This document shows positions 27,597 to 38,325 of a stretch of DNA of 41,011 nucleotides, one piece after another. Numbering within the stretch: the stretch's first letter is position 1; every line of letters starts with the position of its first letter. Origin of the DNA: Candidatus Iainarchaeum sp. (GTDB taxonomy: Archaea; Iainarchaeota; Iainarchaeia; Iainarchaeales; GW2011-AR10); assembly GCA_016198165.1 (NCBI GenBank), contig JACQJF010000052.1:1-41011 (forward strand), written 5' to 3'. Position numbers and translations under genes: made by a program. The notes under the pieces were generated by a model. The model was not told the DNA's origin. It ran no database searches and saw nothing but the letters and a program-made list of their open reading frames with translations.

Positions 27597-27612
27597 TTCG
27601 TCAATCGCCGAA
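27597..27612. promoter_or_regulatory. Palindromic operator, copy 3 (TTCGTCAATCGCCGAA, 2 mismatches)
   Basis: 35 nt upstream of the ATG at 27562, abutting a minus-strand ATATTTAAG TATA-like box. Confidence 0.65.
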
Positions 27613-27675
27613 AACCGTTTTGTTGTGGTTTTTTATTGTTTTTGCCTTTTTAATGTGTTTTACTGGTGTTTTTTG

Positions 27676-28272
27676 GTGGACAGGGAAAAAAGGGACCTCA
27701 TTGTAAGCTGGCTGACGGTGAGTTTTGCTTTCGCCTGGGCAGGGCCCCAGATTTTTTTTTCAAGCAGGATTTTTGGGGATTTTTTGTTCAATTTTTTTGT
27801 CGTGCTCATAGCCGTTGGCTTTGGTTTTATACTTCATGAGCTTGCGCACAAGTACGTCTCTCTCCATTACGGGGTTCATGCGGAGTTCCGTGCCTGGAAT
27901 TTCGGGCTGGTCCTGGCGGTTTTGTTTGCTTTTCTCACAAACGGGGTGTTCACTTTCGCGGCTCCCGGTGCGGTTTACATTCTTGGCGAGGTTTCAAGGA
28001 AACAGAACGGGATAATCTCACTTGCCGGCCCGCTTACAAACATTGTCATCGGCCTTGCTTTTTCCGCAGTGGCTTTTTTGTTTGCGGGAAGCATTGTGTC
28101 GGAAATAGCTGGGTATGTTGCGTACATAAATTTTTTCCTTGCGGCTTTCAACCTGCTTCCGATTCCCCCGCTTGACGGCTCGAAAGTCATTAACTGGAAT
28201 GCTTTGGTGTGGGCGGTCTTTTTCATCCCGCTTGCGCTCTTCATTTTCCTGCCGGGCTTTTTCGGGTTTTAG
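27676..28272 (+). CDS. Site-2 protease (peptidase M50)
   Basis: [23 protein letters not shown]; GTG start assumed. Confidence 0.92.
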   Translation: MDREKRDLIVSWLTVSFAFAWAGPQIFFSSRIFGDFLFNFFVVLIAVGFGFILHELAHKYVSLHYGVHAEFRAWNFGLVLAVLFAFLTNGVFTFAAPGAVYILGEVSRKQNGIISLAGPLTNIVIGLAFSAVAFLFAGSIVSEIAGYVAYINFFLAAFNLLPIPPLDGSKVINWNALVWAVFFIPLALFIFLPGFFGF

Positions 28273-31200
28273 CGCACGTAGCTTAGCCTGATTGTGGAGT
28301 AGTTTTTGCGGAACTGGTCGTAGGCGTTCATTACGTCCATGGAAATTGATGGCGGGATTTTTTCAAGGGCGGTGTCGATGTCGCTTTTGGTTACTTCAAG
28401 TGTTTTTCCCCTGTTTTTCTCGATTGCAATGAGGGCGGCTTCGCGTATAACTCCCTGCAGGTCGGCGCCGCTGTAGCCTTCGGTCTTTCTTGCGATTTCC
28501 TCAAGCCTGACGTCTTTCCCAAGGGGGGTTTTTTTCGTGTGCACTTTGAGTATTGAAAGCCTTGCTTTTTCATCAGGGGCCCCGATCATTATTATCTTGT
28601 CTATCCTTCCGGGCCTCAGCAGGCCGGGGTCAATGAGGTCAGGCCTGTTTGTCGCGGCAATGAAGACAACGTCCTTTAGTTCCTCGATTCCATCGAGCTC
28701 CGTGAGCAACTGGTTTACGACCCGCTCGTTTGTGCCCGAGTCGAATGCCTGGCCGCGCATGCTTGCCATTGCGTCAATCTCGTCGAAGAAAATTATTGTC
28801 GGGCTTACTTGGCGCGCGCGGTGAAAAACCTTGCGGATTCCCCGTTCGCTGTTGTGTGCAAAAATGCCGCCAAAACCTGCTATAAAATTCTGGCAGGGTT
28901 CAACTGAAACATCAAAAACATTGTCCGTATACTCAACAGGCACTATTTTTTTCACCAAGTCCCAATAAATATCTGATTCGCATAGTTTCCAGAGTTCGGA
29001 GTATTGTTGTTTTTGGCTATCCACCATAACTAGCGCTTCGCGCACTTTTCGGAGGCTGACTGTTTGATTGTTTGCATAACTGACAAATGCCTCTCTCAGA
29101 AGATTTTTGATTTTTTCATTAACCGGAATTGCATTGCCTCTTTTCCATTGTACTTCCATTATGTAGTTCTGGAGCGCGTTGTTACGGTGAGAGTCTATAA
29201 ATCCGGCAGCTTGGAATTTTTTCAGGTTTTCAACTCCAAAAATCTGTACCCTAAAGCTTATGCTGCCGGTCCATTCTTTTTTAGTTCTGCAAAAGGCAAC
29301 AATCCCTTGTTTTAGCAACAGATAAAGCAAATCATTGGCCAAAGTTTTGCTGGTTGTAGAAGATTCTACCATTGCGCTATGGCCATTAAATCTGAAGGTT
29401 CCATCCCCACTAAAATAACCCCTCAAGAATGCATTTGTTTGAACATTATTGGAAGTGAACAGCAACCCGGGTATTTTTTTATTAAATGCCCCTGATTTCA
29501 AACCCATTTCTACAAATACATCATGCAACGTTGTACTGTTAATTACAATAGAGTATTCATATTGTGATGCTTGCAATCCTAAGTGTGCAATAGCTTTCAA
29601 TAAGCGGGTGCGGATTTCCTGATCTGCGGCTGTAAACCTCAGCATTTCGTTATTGAATTCACCTTCAGCAATCCATAACCCCGTCATTTCCCAGAAGAAT
29701 TCATCTAACGGCAACAACGCGGGCAAAGAGTGTCTTGCACCTTTACGGGAAATTCTGGCAATGGGCCACTGGGGGGCAAGTTCTGCTGATTTAAGTAATA
29801 GCAAAAAGCTGGCAAGTGAAACCGGCAATTTTTTATCAACTATCTCATACAAAAACTTGGTTTTTTTGTGCAATAATTTGGCAGCCACTGTATATCCTGT
29901 TTTTTTAATGGACTCCACTATTTGTGGGCTTTCAATGAAATACTTTTCTTTTTTTGAAAACAGTTCGGGCAAATTTAAAAACTGGTTTTCAATTGAAACA
30001 TTTGGTAGCTTTGCCGGTATCGCAATAACGCTTTTTCCATTTACTAATTGATCCGGCGTGACAGATTCAATCTCGTTTTCAACCAAGGAAAATACTGAGT
30101 GCTTGTCTGTTACCCTGAGTTTTCTGCCTGTTCTTGTGGTGATCTCAAGCATTTTTCCGTTTAGCGGATGACTAATATAGTCTACGATTTTTGAAAAAAG
30201 AACCCTCCCATCGTTGTCAAACGTAACCACTTGCAGGGGAAGCTTTTCTTCCACGATTTTACCAATTTTTTCCCTGAATATTTTTTTCCCGTCAAAAACA
30301 AGCAATTCTTCCTCATAAGGGAGGCTTTCGCCGACCCAAAGACTTATTAACTGCGGGCCTTTTACCGAAATGAAGTTTGCCTCGCTTTCGGTTGCAACCG
30401 CTTTTGCAAGGAGTGTTTTTCCAGTTCCGGGCGGGCCGTACAACAGTATCCCGCTTGGTGCCTTGATTCCGAGTTTTTTGAAGTCATCAGGCCTTTTCAG
30501 TGGCCATTCAACTGCCTGCCTTAATTCGTTTTTCACGTTTTCAAGCCCGCCGATGTCGTTCCACTGGATGTTTGGTATCTCAATTGTGACTTCGCGCAGG
30601 GCGCTTGGCTGTACATCGCGCAGTGCATCGAGGAAGTCCTGTTTGTTGACTTCAAGGCTTTCAAGGACCTCTGCAGGAATCGTTTCTTCCTCAAGATTGA
30701 TTTTTGGCAGGTACCTGCGCAGTGCTTTCATCGCGGCTTCCTTTGCCAAAGCCTCGAGGTCCGCGCCTACAAAACCATGCGTTATTTTTGCAAAGTTGTC
30801 CAGGTCTACATCCTCTGCAAGTGGCATTCCGCGCGTGTGAATCTGGAGTATTTTTTTCCTGCCCTCTTTTGAAGGAACCCCGATTTCTATTTCGCGGTCA
30901 AACCTGCCGGGCCTTCTTAGTGCCTCGTCTAAGCTGTTGACCCTGTTAGTAGCCGCGATAACAATGACATTTCCGCGCGACTCCATGCCATCCATTGCAG
31001 CGAGAATCTGTGCAACAACGCGCCGCTCGACTTCCCCGATTACTTCTTCGCGCTTTGGGGCAATCGAGTCTATTTCGTCAAAGAAAACAATGCTTGGAGA
31101 GTTTTTTTCCGCTTCCTTGAACACGTCCCGGATTCTTTCCTCGGCTTCCCCGACAAATTTTGAGTTATGCATTACAAGCAATGAATGCCCTGCTAAAAAG

Positions 31201-33371
31201 TTTGAGTAAGGCTCGACACTCAGGTCGAACAATTCTTTATTCCCTTCCTGTTTTATATTTTCAATTTTTGTCCAACTGACTTGCGCTTTTGCAAGTTTTT
31301 GAAGGCGTGCATCAGGCATGAACTGCGTTATTTCTTCCAGTTTTCTTTGTGTCAGGTAATCCCTGCCGGAAATATACCTTTCTGTCGGGCCTTCTGGAAG
31401 GTTTTTGCCGTAAAAATAATTATTTTTTTGCTTTACTTGCTTTAAAAGCGGGGAAATGTTTGGTATTCTTAAGTCATCTCCAGTTTTTTTTCTCCCGGCG
31501 TACCATTTCTTTATAATTGAAAATTTTTCTGTGTTCGACTTTGCCTGTTCTGCAAATATTTCGCGTGAGCGGTTCCCGACAACTACAAGTGCAAGCATGT
31601 CGGAAAATTCTGTCTTCCAAGGGACAATTTTAGTTATAATCCCTAATTTCCTGCAAAGTATTGACAAATCCTCAAGGACATTTCTTGTAATTGAATAGAA
31701 CCGGATGGTCGGGTACCCGCCAGTCCCTTTGCTTGTAGTGCCATCGCCCTCCAAAAAACCGGTCAAAAACTCCATTGTTTCTTTTTTTGTCAATCCGAAA
31801 ATCCATTCCGGCAGTGAATAATTGCCTTTTTTCCCAATTGGCGGGAATTGAAGGGTTTTTTCGAAAAAGTGTTTTAATGCAACAGAGTAACAAAAAACTT
31901 TTTCTTTTTTTATTTTAGGCGTTATTCCAAAGAGTTTTTTTGCAAGATTTGCAAACTCTTGCTTCAGTATTTCATCCCTGTTTGCAAATTGGAGGCCATC
32001 CTGCTGCAGGTTTCCTTCTGAATACATGAGCCCCAAAATCCTCAGAAGTTCTGGCGAACTTTTATTTGGAAGGACAGTAAACTCGTGTTCTTTTATTTTT
32101 CTTCTTTTGGAAGCAATTTTTATCCCGGTTATTTCTTTTTGCTTTCCTTTAAACTCTCCAAGCTTCATTACCCCTTTTTTTGTCCTAATCCACGTGCCTG
32201 CGTCAAAATTTTTCAAATAATTGAATTTCCTGGTTTTTCCTTCAGGAAGCGTTTTGGCTATTGCAATCAGGTCTTTTCTTGAGAGTTCCTTTGCAGTTTT
32301 CCACACGATGCTCCCAAATGAGTCCATGCAGGCAAAAGGATGGTTTTCCGAGCAGACAATTTCTTCCTCAAGCCCTGTTTTTATGCGGAAAGTTTTTGCC
32401 TTTAACCTGGTTATGTGAGTGATTTTTCCCTGCTTTATTTTCAGGTTTTTATCAAGGGAAAAAACAGTTCCAGGTTTTTTTAATTCAATTATTTTCATTT
32501 TTCCATCTTTAATTGTTTTTCCGGTTTTTTCAGCCTCCAAAAAGAGTTCCTTAACCGCTTTTCCTCCGTGCGGGTTGGTGAGAATCCTTGTACCGCCGCC
32601 AACACACATAACTGCCGGGCTGTTGACTGCAATAAAGTGTGCCTGTGTCTCGTTTGCAACCGCTTTTGCAAGGAGTGTTTTTCCCGTTCCCGGGGGCCCG
32701 TGCAGCAAAACCCCCTTGGGTGCGTTTATGCCAAGTTTCGTGAAAATTTCCGGGTGGCGCAGTGGAAGCTCTATCATTTCCCTGATTTTCTGCACCTGTT
32801 CTTCCAGGCCCCCGATGTCCTCGTAGGAAATTTTTTGGAGCTGGTCAACCTCGTCCTTCACCGGCTCTTCGCGGAGGATGAATTGCGTGAAATCAGTGAT
32901 TTTGACGATGCCTTTTGGCGCGGTTTCAACGACCTTGTAGACAAAGCCCGAGCCAAACACGCTTATCCAGACGTTGTCTCCTTTTGCAAGCGGGCGGCCG
33001 ATGAAATTTTTTTTGAGTATCCTGTCATAGCCTGACGCTATTATCCTGACTTCCTGTGTCGGGGCAAGGACGACTCTTTTTGCTTCAGCGTAAATTGCGC
33101 GCCTGATTGTGACTTTTTCCCCAAGGCCGGTTCCAGCGTTGTGGCGTATGAGGTTGTCCATCCTGATTATTGCCTTTCCCTCGTCTTCCGCGCGCGCGGG
33201 CCAGATGACTGCCGCGGTTTTTTTCGTGCCCTCGATTTCAACGATGTCCCCCGAAGTAACGCCAAGTTCTTCTTTGGTTCTCTTGTCAAGGGTTATTATG
33301 TTTCTTCCAACGTGGCTTGGGTCTGGCTCCTCGACGCGCAGCACGACTTCTTTTTTTTTCTGGCCAAGCAT
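28269..33371 (-). CDS. cdc48: Cdc48/VAT AAA+ ATPase with two inteins (727-aa extein)
   Basis: N domain, two GPPGTGKT Walker A motifs, FDEID Walker B motifs, RPGR fingers; 1700-481-492=727 aa. Confidence 0.96.
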   Translation of the reverse strand: MLGQKKKEVVLRVEEPDPSHVGRNIITLDKRTKEELGVTSGDIVEIEGTKKTAAVIWPARAEDEGKAIIRMDNLIRHNAGTGLGEKVTIRRAIYAEAKRVVLAPTQEVRIIASGYDRILKKNFIGRPLAKGDNVWISVFGSGFVYKVVETAPKGIVKITDFTQFILREEPVKDEVDQLQKISYEDIGGLEEQVQKIREMIELPLRHPEIFTKLGINAPKGVLLHGPPGTGKTLLAKAVANETQAHFIAVNSPAVMCVGGGTRILTNPHGGKAVKELFLEAEKTGKTIKDGKMKIIELKKPGTVFSLDKNLKIKQGKITHITRLKAKTFRIKTGLEEEIVCSENHPFACMDSFGSIVWKTAKELSRKDLIAIAKTLPEGKTRKFNYLKNFDAGTWIRTKKGVMKLGEFKGKQKEITGIKIASKRRKIKEHEFTVLPNKSSPELLRILGLMYSEGNLQQDGLQFANRDEILKQEFANLAKKLFGITPKIKKEKVFCYSVALKHFFEKTLQFPPIGKKGNYSLPEWIFGLTKKETMEFLTGFLEGDGTTSKGTGGYPTIRFYSITRNVLEDLSILCRKLGIITKIVPWKTEFSDMLALVVVGNRSREIFAEQAKSNTEKFSIIKKWYAGRKKTGDDLRIPNISPLLKQVKQKNNYFYGKNLPEGPTERYISGRDYLTQRKLEEITQFMPDARLQKLAKAQVSWTKIENIKQEGNKELFDLSVEPYSNFLAGHSLLVMHNSKFVGEAEERIRDVFKEAEKNSPSIVFFDEIDSIAPKREEVIGEVERRVVAQILAAMDGMESRGNVIVIAATNRVNSLDEALRRPGRFDREIEIGVPSKEGRKKILQIHTRGMPLAEDVDLDNFAKITHGFVGADLEALAKEAAMKALRRYLPKINLEEETIPAEVLESLEVNKQDFLDALRDVQPSALREVTIEIPNIQWNDIGGLENVKNELRQAVEWPLKRPDDFKKLGIKAPSGILLYGPPGTGKTLLAKAVATESEANFISVKGPQLISLWVGESLPYEEELLVFDGKKIFREKIGKIVEEKLPLQVVTFDNDGRVLFSKIVDYISHPLNGKMLEITTRTGRKLRVTDKHSVFSLVENEIESVTPDQLVNGKSVIAIPAKLPNVSIENQFLNLPELFSKKEKYFIESPQIVESIKKTGYTVAAKLLHKKTKFLYEIVDKKLPVSLASFLLLLKSAELAPQWPIARISRKGARHSLPALLPLDEFFWEMTGLWIAEGEFNNEMLRFTAADQEIRTRLLKAIAHLGLQASQYEYSIVINSTTLHDVFVEMGLKSGAFNKKIPGLLFTSNNVQTNAFLRGYFSGDGTFRFNGHSAMVESSTTSKTLANDLLYLLLKQGIVAFCRTKKEWTGSISFRVQIFGVENLKKFQAAGFIDSHRNNALQNYIMEVQWKRGNAIPVNEKIKNLLREAFVSYANNQTVSLRKVREALVMVDSQKQQYSELWKLCESDIYWDLVKKIVPVEYTDNVFDVSVEPCQNFIAGFGGIFAHNSERGIRKVFHRARQVSPTIIFFDEIDAMASMRGQAFDSGTNERVVNQLLTELDGIEELKDVVFIAATNRPDLIDPGLLRPGRIDKIIMIGAPDEKARLSILKVHTKKTPLGKDVRLEEIARKTEGYSGADLQGVIREAALIAIEKNRGKTLEVTKSDIDTALEKIPPSISMDVMNAYDQFRKNYSTIRLSYVR
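28851..30326 (-). mobile_element. Intein 2 with LAGLIDADG homing endonuclease (492 aa, Ser1) in the Cdc48 D2 domain
   Basis: WVGE|SLPYEE...FAHN|SERG; blocks TGLWIAEG and [10 protein letters not shown]; TDKHS block B. Confidence 0.93.
31164..32606 (-). mobile_element. Intein 1 with LAGLIDADG homing endonuclease (481 aa) in the Cdc48 D1 domain
   Basis: PAVM|CVGGGT...VMHN|SKFVGE; blocks LGLMYSEG and [10 protein letters not shown]; AT-richer than its host gene. Confidence 0.93.
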
Positions 33372-33439
33372 AGGTGAAAAACCCTTTAATTGAACTCTTG
33401 GTCCAGTAAGATTAATAATCTGAACCGCTGGAAATAATC

Positions 33440-33518
33440 AGGAAAAATAAAAAGTAGAAAAAGAAGGGGAAAAAAAGGAAAAAAATTTGGCCCGGTTTTT
33501 TTTTCAACCCAGGCCAAA
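33440..33518 (-). terminator. Hairpin plus T-rich tract, possible terminator after the Yip1 gene
   Basis: TTTGGCC...GGCCAAA inverted repeat at 33486-33518, followed on the minus strand by long T runs. Confidence 0.4.
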
Positions 33519-33549
33519 CGCGCCTGTGGGAGTAGTATTTCCAAGCAGG

Positions 33550-34107
33550 CTAAATACTTGTTGCCCCTATTAGCACAATTGCGATTATGACCAGCACCAC
33601 TACTATTATCGGCGGAATCAAAATCGTTGCTATTGATTTTCCAGTTGAGAGTTCCTGTGATTCCCTGACTGCAATAACCTCAAGCCACAGCAGGTAGAGC
33701 ATTACAAGTATTCCTACGTAGGGTATCCAGCTGATGAGCGAGAAAACCACCAATGGAAGTGAAACCAAATACAAAAGCGCTGTAAAGTTTCCCTTTCCGC
33801 CTAAAATCTTGGAAGCAACAAAAATAACTGTTGTCCAAATTATACCGATTACTATTGTTGCAACTGGCATTACTATGCTAATTCCAGCTATGTCGCTCAA
33901 TGGAAGTGGAAGAGTTGATGGCTGGTAACCATAAATAGAAAAAAACTGGTTTGGGAAAAGCGCAAAAATCAAGTAACTAATAAGCGCGGACATAAATCCC
34001 GCGATGAAAAAGTTAATACTTCCTTTTCCAGCAGTTGCGTTTGCCTTTTCCGCAGCAAAAGTTTCGCTTGGTTTAATGAAAGCATCAATCCATACTTTAA
34101 ACGTCAT
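33550..34107 (-). CDS. Yip1 domain membrane protein
   Basis: FIKPSETF...KILGGKGNF...WIPYVG...AVRESQELSTGKS; about 5 TM helices. Confidence 0.85.
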   Translation of the reverse strand: MTFKVWIDAFIKPSETFAAEKANATAGKGSINFFIAGFMSALISYLIFALFPNQFFSIYGYQPSTLPLPLSDIAGISIVMPVATIVIGIIWTTVIFVASKILGGKGNFTALLYLVSLPLVVFSLISWIPYVGILVMLYLLWLEVIAVRESQELSTGKSIATILIPPIIVVVLVIIAIVLIGATSI

Positions 34108-34187
34108 TTTTTTTTACACCCCGAAAAAAAGCGCCCAAAAAGAACGCCATTTCTATTTCAGATAATCGGAACTGTTATATAATCCTT

Positions 34188-34982
34188 TCATTTTGCGAGT
34201 TCTATGTTGACTTCCCCTGGGGGGAGTGCCTGGATGATTTCGTCAAGTGACAAGCGTGCGCCTTTTTTTTCAAAGAATTTCCTGATTTTTTTCGCGGCAT
34301 CGGTTTTTTTCTCGCTTCCGGGAAGGACTCGGAAAAAGTTTTCCGCATTTTTTTTCACCGCGCTTTCCGGGCCGGAAACAATCCCGCTTTTTTCGTCCAC
34401 GCCAACAGCGAATTCGAGCGGGGTTTTTCGGAACCATTCGCGTTTTCCGTAAACCATGAACGCCCCCGTGCCTATTGATTCGCCGCTTGGGGCTTGTTTT
34501 GTGACCTGTTCATACTCGGCAGAGTACACGTCTGCGCTTGCAAGTTTTTCCCGCCATGCCTTGCACATAACGGCTGCAAACTGCGCAGCCTCCCTGGCAG
34601 TCTGTCCAGGGATTTTTTTCCCGCCTGTTTTGACTATCACATGGGCTGAACCTGCGATTTCTGCATGGAAAAAAACGTCGCCTTTTTCAAAATGCTTTTT
34701 GAGCAGTTGCTCGTTTGATTTTGCGTCGCGCCCCGCAAGGACCAGAATGCCGTCGCTTGAATAGAACCACCTGAATTTTTCAAACCATTTTTTTTCCTTT
34801 TTTTTCTCAATGGTTTTTGCCCCCGGCAGGGTTTGCCCGGCATGCGCTGATTCAATCCGTTCATTCATTTTCAGTATTGCGGTTTTGAGGCCGCCCAGTT
34901 TTTTCCTGGCTTTTTTCGCTTTTTCAAAATACATTGCCGCGTTTTCCTGTGCCGTCCTGTCAAACCTGAGTGTGACTTTCAT
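34188..34982 (-). CDS. Short NFACT (DUF814)/RqcH-like RNA-binding protein
   Basis: TAQENAAMYFEKAKK, KWFEKFRWF, GRDAKSNE, FHAEIAGS, APSGESIGTGAFMVYG. Confidence 0.9.
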   Translation of the reverse strand: MKVTLRFDRTAQENAAMYFEKAKKARKKLGGLKTAILKMNERIESAHAGQTLPGAKTIEKKKEKKWFEKFRWFYSSDGILVLAGRDAKSNEQLLKKHFEKGDVFFHAEIAGSAHVIVKTGGKKIPGQTAREAAQFAAVMCKAWREKLASADVYSAEYEQVTKQAPSGESIGTGAFMVYGKREWFRKTPLEFAVGVDEKSGIVSGPESAVKKNAENFFRVLPGSEKKTDAAKKIRKFFEKKGARLSLDEIIQALPPGEVNIELAK

Positions 34983-35521
34983 TTCCTGTCAATTCCCTTG
35001 TGTTTCCTTATTATCCTTATGAGCGCCTCGGTCCTCGAGGCTGCCTTGTAGAACGGCTCTGTTTCAAAGATTATCTGCCTGTCCTTTATTGCGTCAAAAA
35101 CACCTGGAATGCTTTCGTAGTATTTTTTTGTAATGTCCTTGTGGTATGATTCGACGTCCCTGTAAATGTGGTGGGACAAAAAATTCCAATTGTGTGGGCC
35201 GATTATGCCTGAAAGCCTGTAGAGGTTCTCATCTTTTTTCGCAGTTTCCACTATTTTCTGGAAAACAGGCCTGTTTGATATGTCAATCTGCCACAAAACC
35301 ACGGCTTCAAGCCTGTAGTCGAATTTTTTGAAGTCGATTTTCGGGCCAAAACCCGTAAGCACTCCCTCTTTTTTAAGAAAATCAAGCGATGACTTTATTG
35401 TTGCCTTGTGGTAGCCGGTGCGTTTTTGTATCTGGCGTATGTTTGGCGAAACAGTGTTTTCCGAAAGCAGGGCCTCGAAAATGTTCAGCCTTATCTCGTC
35501 ATCAATCCGCATGATTGCCAC
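34979..35521 (-). CDS. Divergent Lrp/AsnC-like winged-helix regulator
   Basis: N-terminal HTH (NIRQIQKRTGYHKATIKSSLDFLKKEGVL), linker KIDFKKFDY, RAM-like C-terminus. Confidence 0.7.
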   Translation of the reverse strand: MAIMRIDDEIRLNIFEALLSENTVSPNIRQIQKRTGYHKATIKSSLDFLKKEGVLTGFGPKIDFKKFDYRLEAVVLWQIDISNRPVFQKIVETAKKDENLYRLSGIIGPHNWNFLSHHIYRDVESYHKDITKKYYESIPGVFDAIKDRQIIFETEPFYKAASRTEALIRIIRKHKGIDRK

Positions 35522-35679
35522 AACAAACCACCGCTATATTTTTGGTACACTTTGATTAAAAAAAGTATCCTAAAAAGTCCATGCAATGCTTGTCAATGTA
35601 TATAAACTTTGACACAAGAGATATTTTTGATAGTAAAATTGGGGGGATCCAATCCTAAATAAAACTGACATCACATCAC

Positions 35680-35747
35680 TTGGAACAGGGTTAGGCTCAC
35701 CAAGCTTATTGGTTTTCATCCAAGAACCCTGTTCCAAACTTTTTTTT
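35680..35747. repeat. 13-bp inverted repeat with an inner hairpin (terminator or small RNA)
   Basis: TTGGAACAGGGTT (35680-35692) and AACCCTGTTCCAA (35725-35737), followed by a T-run on the plus strand. Confidence 0.6.
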
Positions 35748-37804
35748 CAAGCGGCTTTTGCTTCCTTTGTTTTTTCCTTCTTTTTCCCCCACTCCGCCTT
35801 GCTTGGGCAGTTCATTTCAATGCACATCTCGTAACGGAAGCGCGGGCCGATTACTTTTATCATGGGTTTTTTGCATTGCTCGCATTTTTTGTCAAGCGGG
35901 ATTATTTTGCCTTTCTGCGGCAGGGGGTAAGTGTTTTTGCAGGCCGGGTAATTGTTGCACGCAAGGAACCATTTGCCGTTCCTGCTTTTGAGTTTGCGCA
36001 GCTTCCCAGTTTGGCATTTGTCGCAGTCCCCAAGGATTGAGTCTGCCTGGAGCGCTTTTCGCAATTCTGAGCCGATGTCGTTCTTTTTTTCGAGCAGTTC
36101 GTCAAGTATCCTGCCGAGTTTTTGCGTGGAATCGTTCACTACTTCCTGTTTTGCTTTTTTCCCGGAGGCAACCTCATCCATTTCCGCTTCGAGGTCCGCG
36201 GTCATTTTCGGCTCCGTAACCGTGCGCGCGTATTTTGAAAGCGAATCAATTACAGCAAAGGCGATTTTATTTGGCTCGATTGCCTTGAGGCCGGAAATGT
36301 AGTGGCGTGAATAGAGTTTCTGTATAATTTCATGGCGCGTAGCTTTCGTGCCAAGTCCAATGTCATCCATGAGCTTTATGAGTGAGGACTGCGAGTACCT
36401 TGCAGGCGGCTGGGTTTCTTTTTCAAGCATTTCGATTTTTTTCACGTTCACGATGTCGCCTTGTTTCAGTTCTGGGAGGATTGTTTCGCTTATTTTCGAG
36501 TAGGGGTAGAATTCTTTCCACCCTTCCCTTATGATTGTCTGGCCGTGCGCCACAAACGGCTCCCCGTTCACGATGATGGTCACCGTAATGTTTTCCGTCT
36601 CGGCGTCCTCTGACAATACGGCAAGGAACCTTCTTGTGACAAGCTCGTAGACTTTCCACTGCTTGTCGCTCAGGCTCTCTTTTTTTGCCGGCTCTGACGG
36701 GTAAATCGGCGGGTGGTCCTTTGTCTCCTTTGGGCCCCTTGAGGGCACGAGTTCTTTTTTTGCAAGAATCTTTCCTGCCAAAGGCGCGAATTCTTTTACC
36801 TGGCTGATTTTTTTCAGTATGTCGGCAAGGTCGATTGTTTTGGGAAAAACCGTGTTATCCGTTCTCGGGTAGGAGATGAGCCCCTGCTGGTAAAGGGACT
36901 CTGCGACATTCATCGCGTCCCCCGCTGTCAGCCCAAGGACGGTTGCGGCCCGCAGGAACTCCGTTGTATTAAATGGGGTTGGGCGCGCGAGGTTTTTTTT
37001 CTTTTTCACTATTTTTTCGACTGTGCCCTTGTTGTCTTTTTTTGCCAGGGTTTCCTCGGCTTTTTTTTTGTCCCAGAATTTTCCTTCCCTGTGCTCTCCG
37101 ATGAATTCTTTTTTGTCTTTTTCAAAAAGCGCGTTTATTACCCAGTATTTCTCTATTCTGAATGCGAGGCGCTCCTTTTCCTTGTTGACTATAAGTGCAA
37201 GTACGGGCGTCTGCACGCGTCCGGCTGAAAGGAATTCCTTTCCAAGTTGCCCAGAGACAAGCGAGAGGTATCTTGTGAGCACGGCTCCCCAGGCTAGGTC
37301 GATTTCCCTTCGTGAATCGGCGGAGTCGGCAAAATTGTAGTCCAGTTTTGAAAGCTCGTCAAATGCAGTTGTCACGTCTTTTTCCGTCAGTGCTGAAAAA
37401 TATGCCCTGTGTATTTTTATTTTCGGGTTTGTTTCCTGTATGAATCGCAGGGCTTCGACGCCGATGCTTTCGCCTTCCCGGTCTGCGTCGGTTGCAATGA
37501 TTACTTCGGAGCCGGTTTTTCCGGCTTCGCGCAGGGAACTTATTATTTTTTTTTCCTTTTCAATGTACTCGATGGGTGCGTGGACGAGTTTTCGCAGGTC
37601 GGTTCCAAGCCAGTAACTGTAGCTCTTTGGAAAATCGATGTCGACTATGTGGCCCCGCAGGGGGACGACGGTGAATTTTTCGCCCTTTTTTTCAAACTCG
37701 AAAACAGGGTTTTCCTGCAGTGCCCCCTGTGAGTATTTTCCGGCTGACAAAATGCCTGCTATCCTGTTGCCTGCAATGGCTTTTTCCGTGACGATTATTT
37801 TCAT
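35747..37804 (-). CDS. topA: Type IA DNA topoisomerase
   Basis: VTEK, ATDADREGE, SAGRVQTP, active-site ISYPRTD, GLGTKATR, C-terminal zinc ribbons. Confidence 0.96.
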   Translation of the reverse strand: MKIIVTEKAIAGNRIAGILSAGKYSQGALQENPVFEFEKKGEKFTVVPLRGHIVDIDFPKSYSYWLGTDLRKLVHAPIEYIEKEKKIISSLREAGKTGSEVIIATDADREGESIGVEALRFIQETNPKIKIHRAYFSALTEKDVTTAFDELSKLDYNFADSADSRREIDLAWGAVLTRYLSLVSGQLGKEFLSAGRVQTPVLALIVNKEKERLAFRIEKYWVINALFEKDKKEFIGEHREGKFWDKKKAEETLAKKDNKGTVEKIVKKKKNLARPTPFNTTEFLRAATVLGLTAGDAMNVAESLYQQGLISYPRTDNTVFPKTIDLADILKKISQVKEFAPLAGKILAKKELVPSRGPKETKDHPPIYPSEPAKKESLSDKQWKVYELVTRRFLAVLSEDAETENITVTIIVNGEPFVAHGQTIIREGWKEFYPYSKISETILPELKQGDIVNVKKIEMLEKETQPPARYSQSSLIKLMDDIGLGTKATRHEIIQKLYSRHYISGLKAIEPNKIAFAVIDSLSKYARTVTEPKMTADLEAEMDEVASGKKAKQEVVNDSTQKLGRILDELLEKKNDIGSELRKALQADSILGDCDKCQTGKLRKLKSRNGKWFLACNNYPACKNTYPLPQKGKIIPLDKKCEQCKKPMIKVIGPRFRYEMCIEMNCPSKAEWGKKKEKTKEAKAA

Positions 37805-37872
37805 TCAAACGAATTTCTTTGGCAATGTTTTTTAAAAGCCGGGTGCAAAAACCCGTCTGATGCAGGAGCGGC

Positions 37873-38208
37873 TCAGATGATGAAAATGAGTATGAGGCCG
37901 AGGAAAAGTATGACTGCAATGTCGCGGTTGTAGTAGGCAATGACGGCTGCCACGAGGGGCGCGAGGAGAATCGGGTTTGTTTCTGATGGCGGGATTTTCA
38001 GGACTATCACCGTGAAAACCACGCCTATGAAAATGAGTATGAACAGGAATGCGACAAAACCGGCTATTTTGTCTGTGAGGTAATCGTTTATTTTCTGGAA
38101 CACGGAATCCATTTGTGAGGAGATGAAGTTGTTTGGGCTGCTTGGGGCCGGAGTGCTTGCATGGGCTTCCGAATGGGCGGGCGGTGCATGGCTATGGTCG
38201 TCAGTCAT
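37873..38208 (-). CDS. Small hypothetical membrane protein
   Basis: His/Pro-rich N-terminus and about 3 TM helices. Confidence 0.7.
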   Translation of the reverse strand: MTDDHSHAPPAHSEAHASTPAPSSPNNFISSQMDSVFQKINDYLTDKIAGFVAFLFILIFIGVVFTVIVLKIPPSETNPILLAPLVAAVIAYYNRDIAVILFLGLILIFII

Positions 38209-38325
38209 ACATGATTTTCTCCTGATTTAAGCTTTTTAAACATATTACCAGGTATTCACAGGAAGATATTAATATTTAGTCATTTAATTATCTTCAAGGA
38301 GTTTGTCTTTGCCAGGGTTTTTTTT

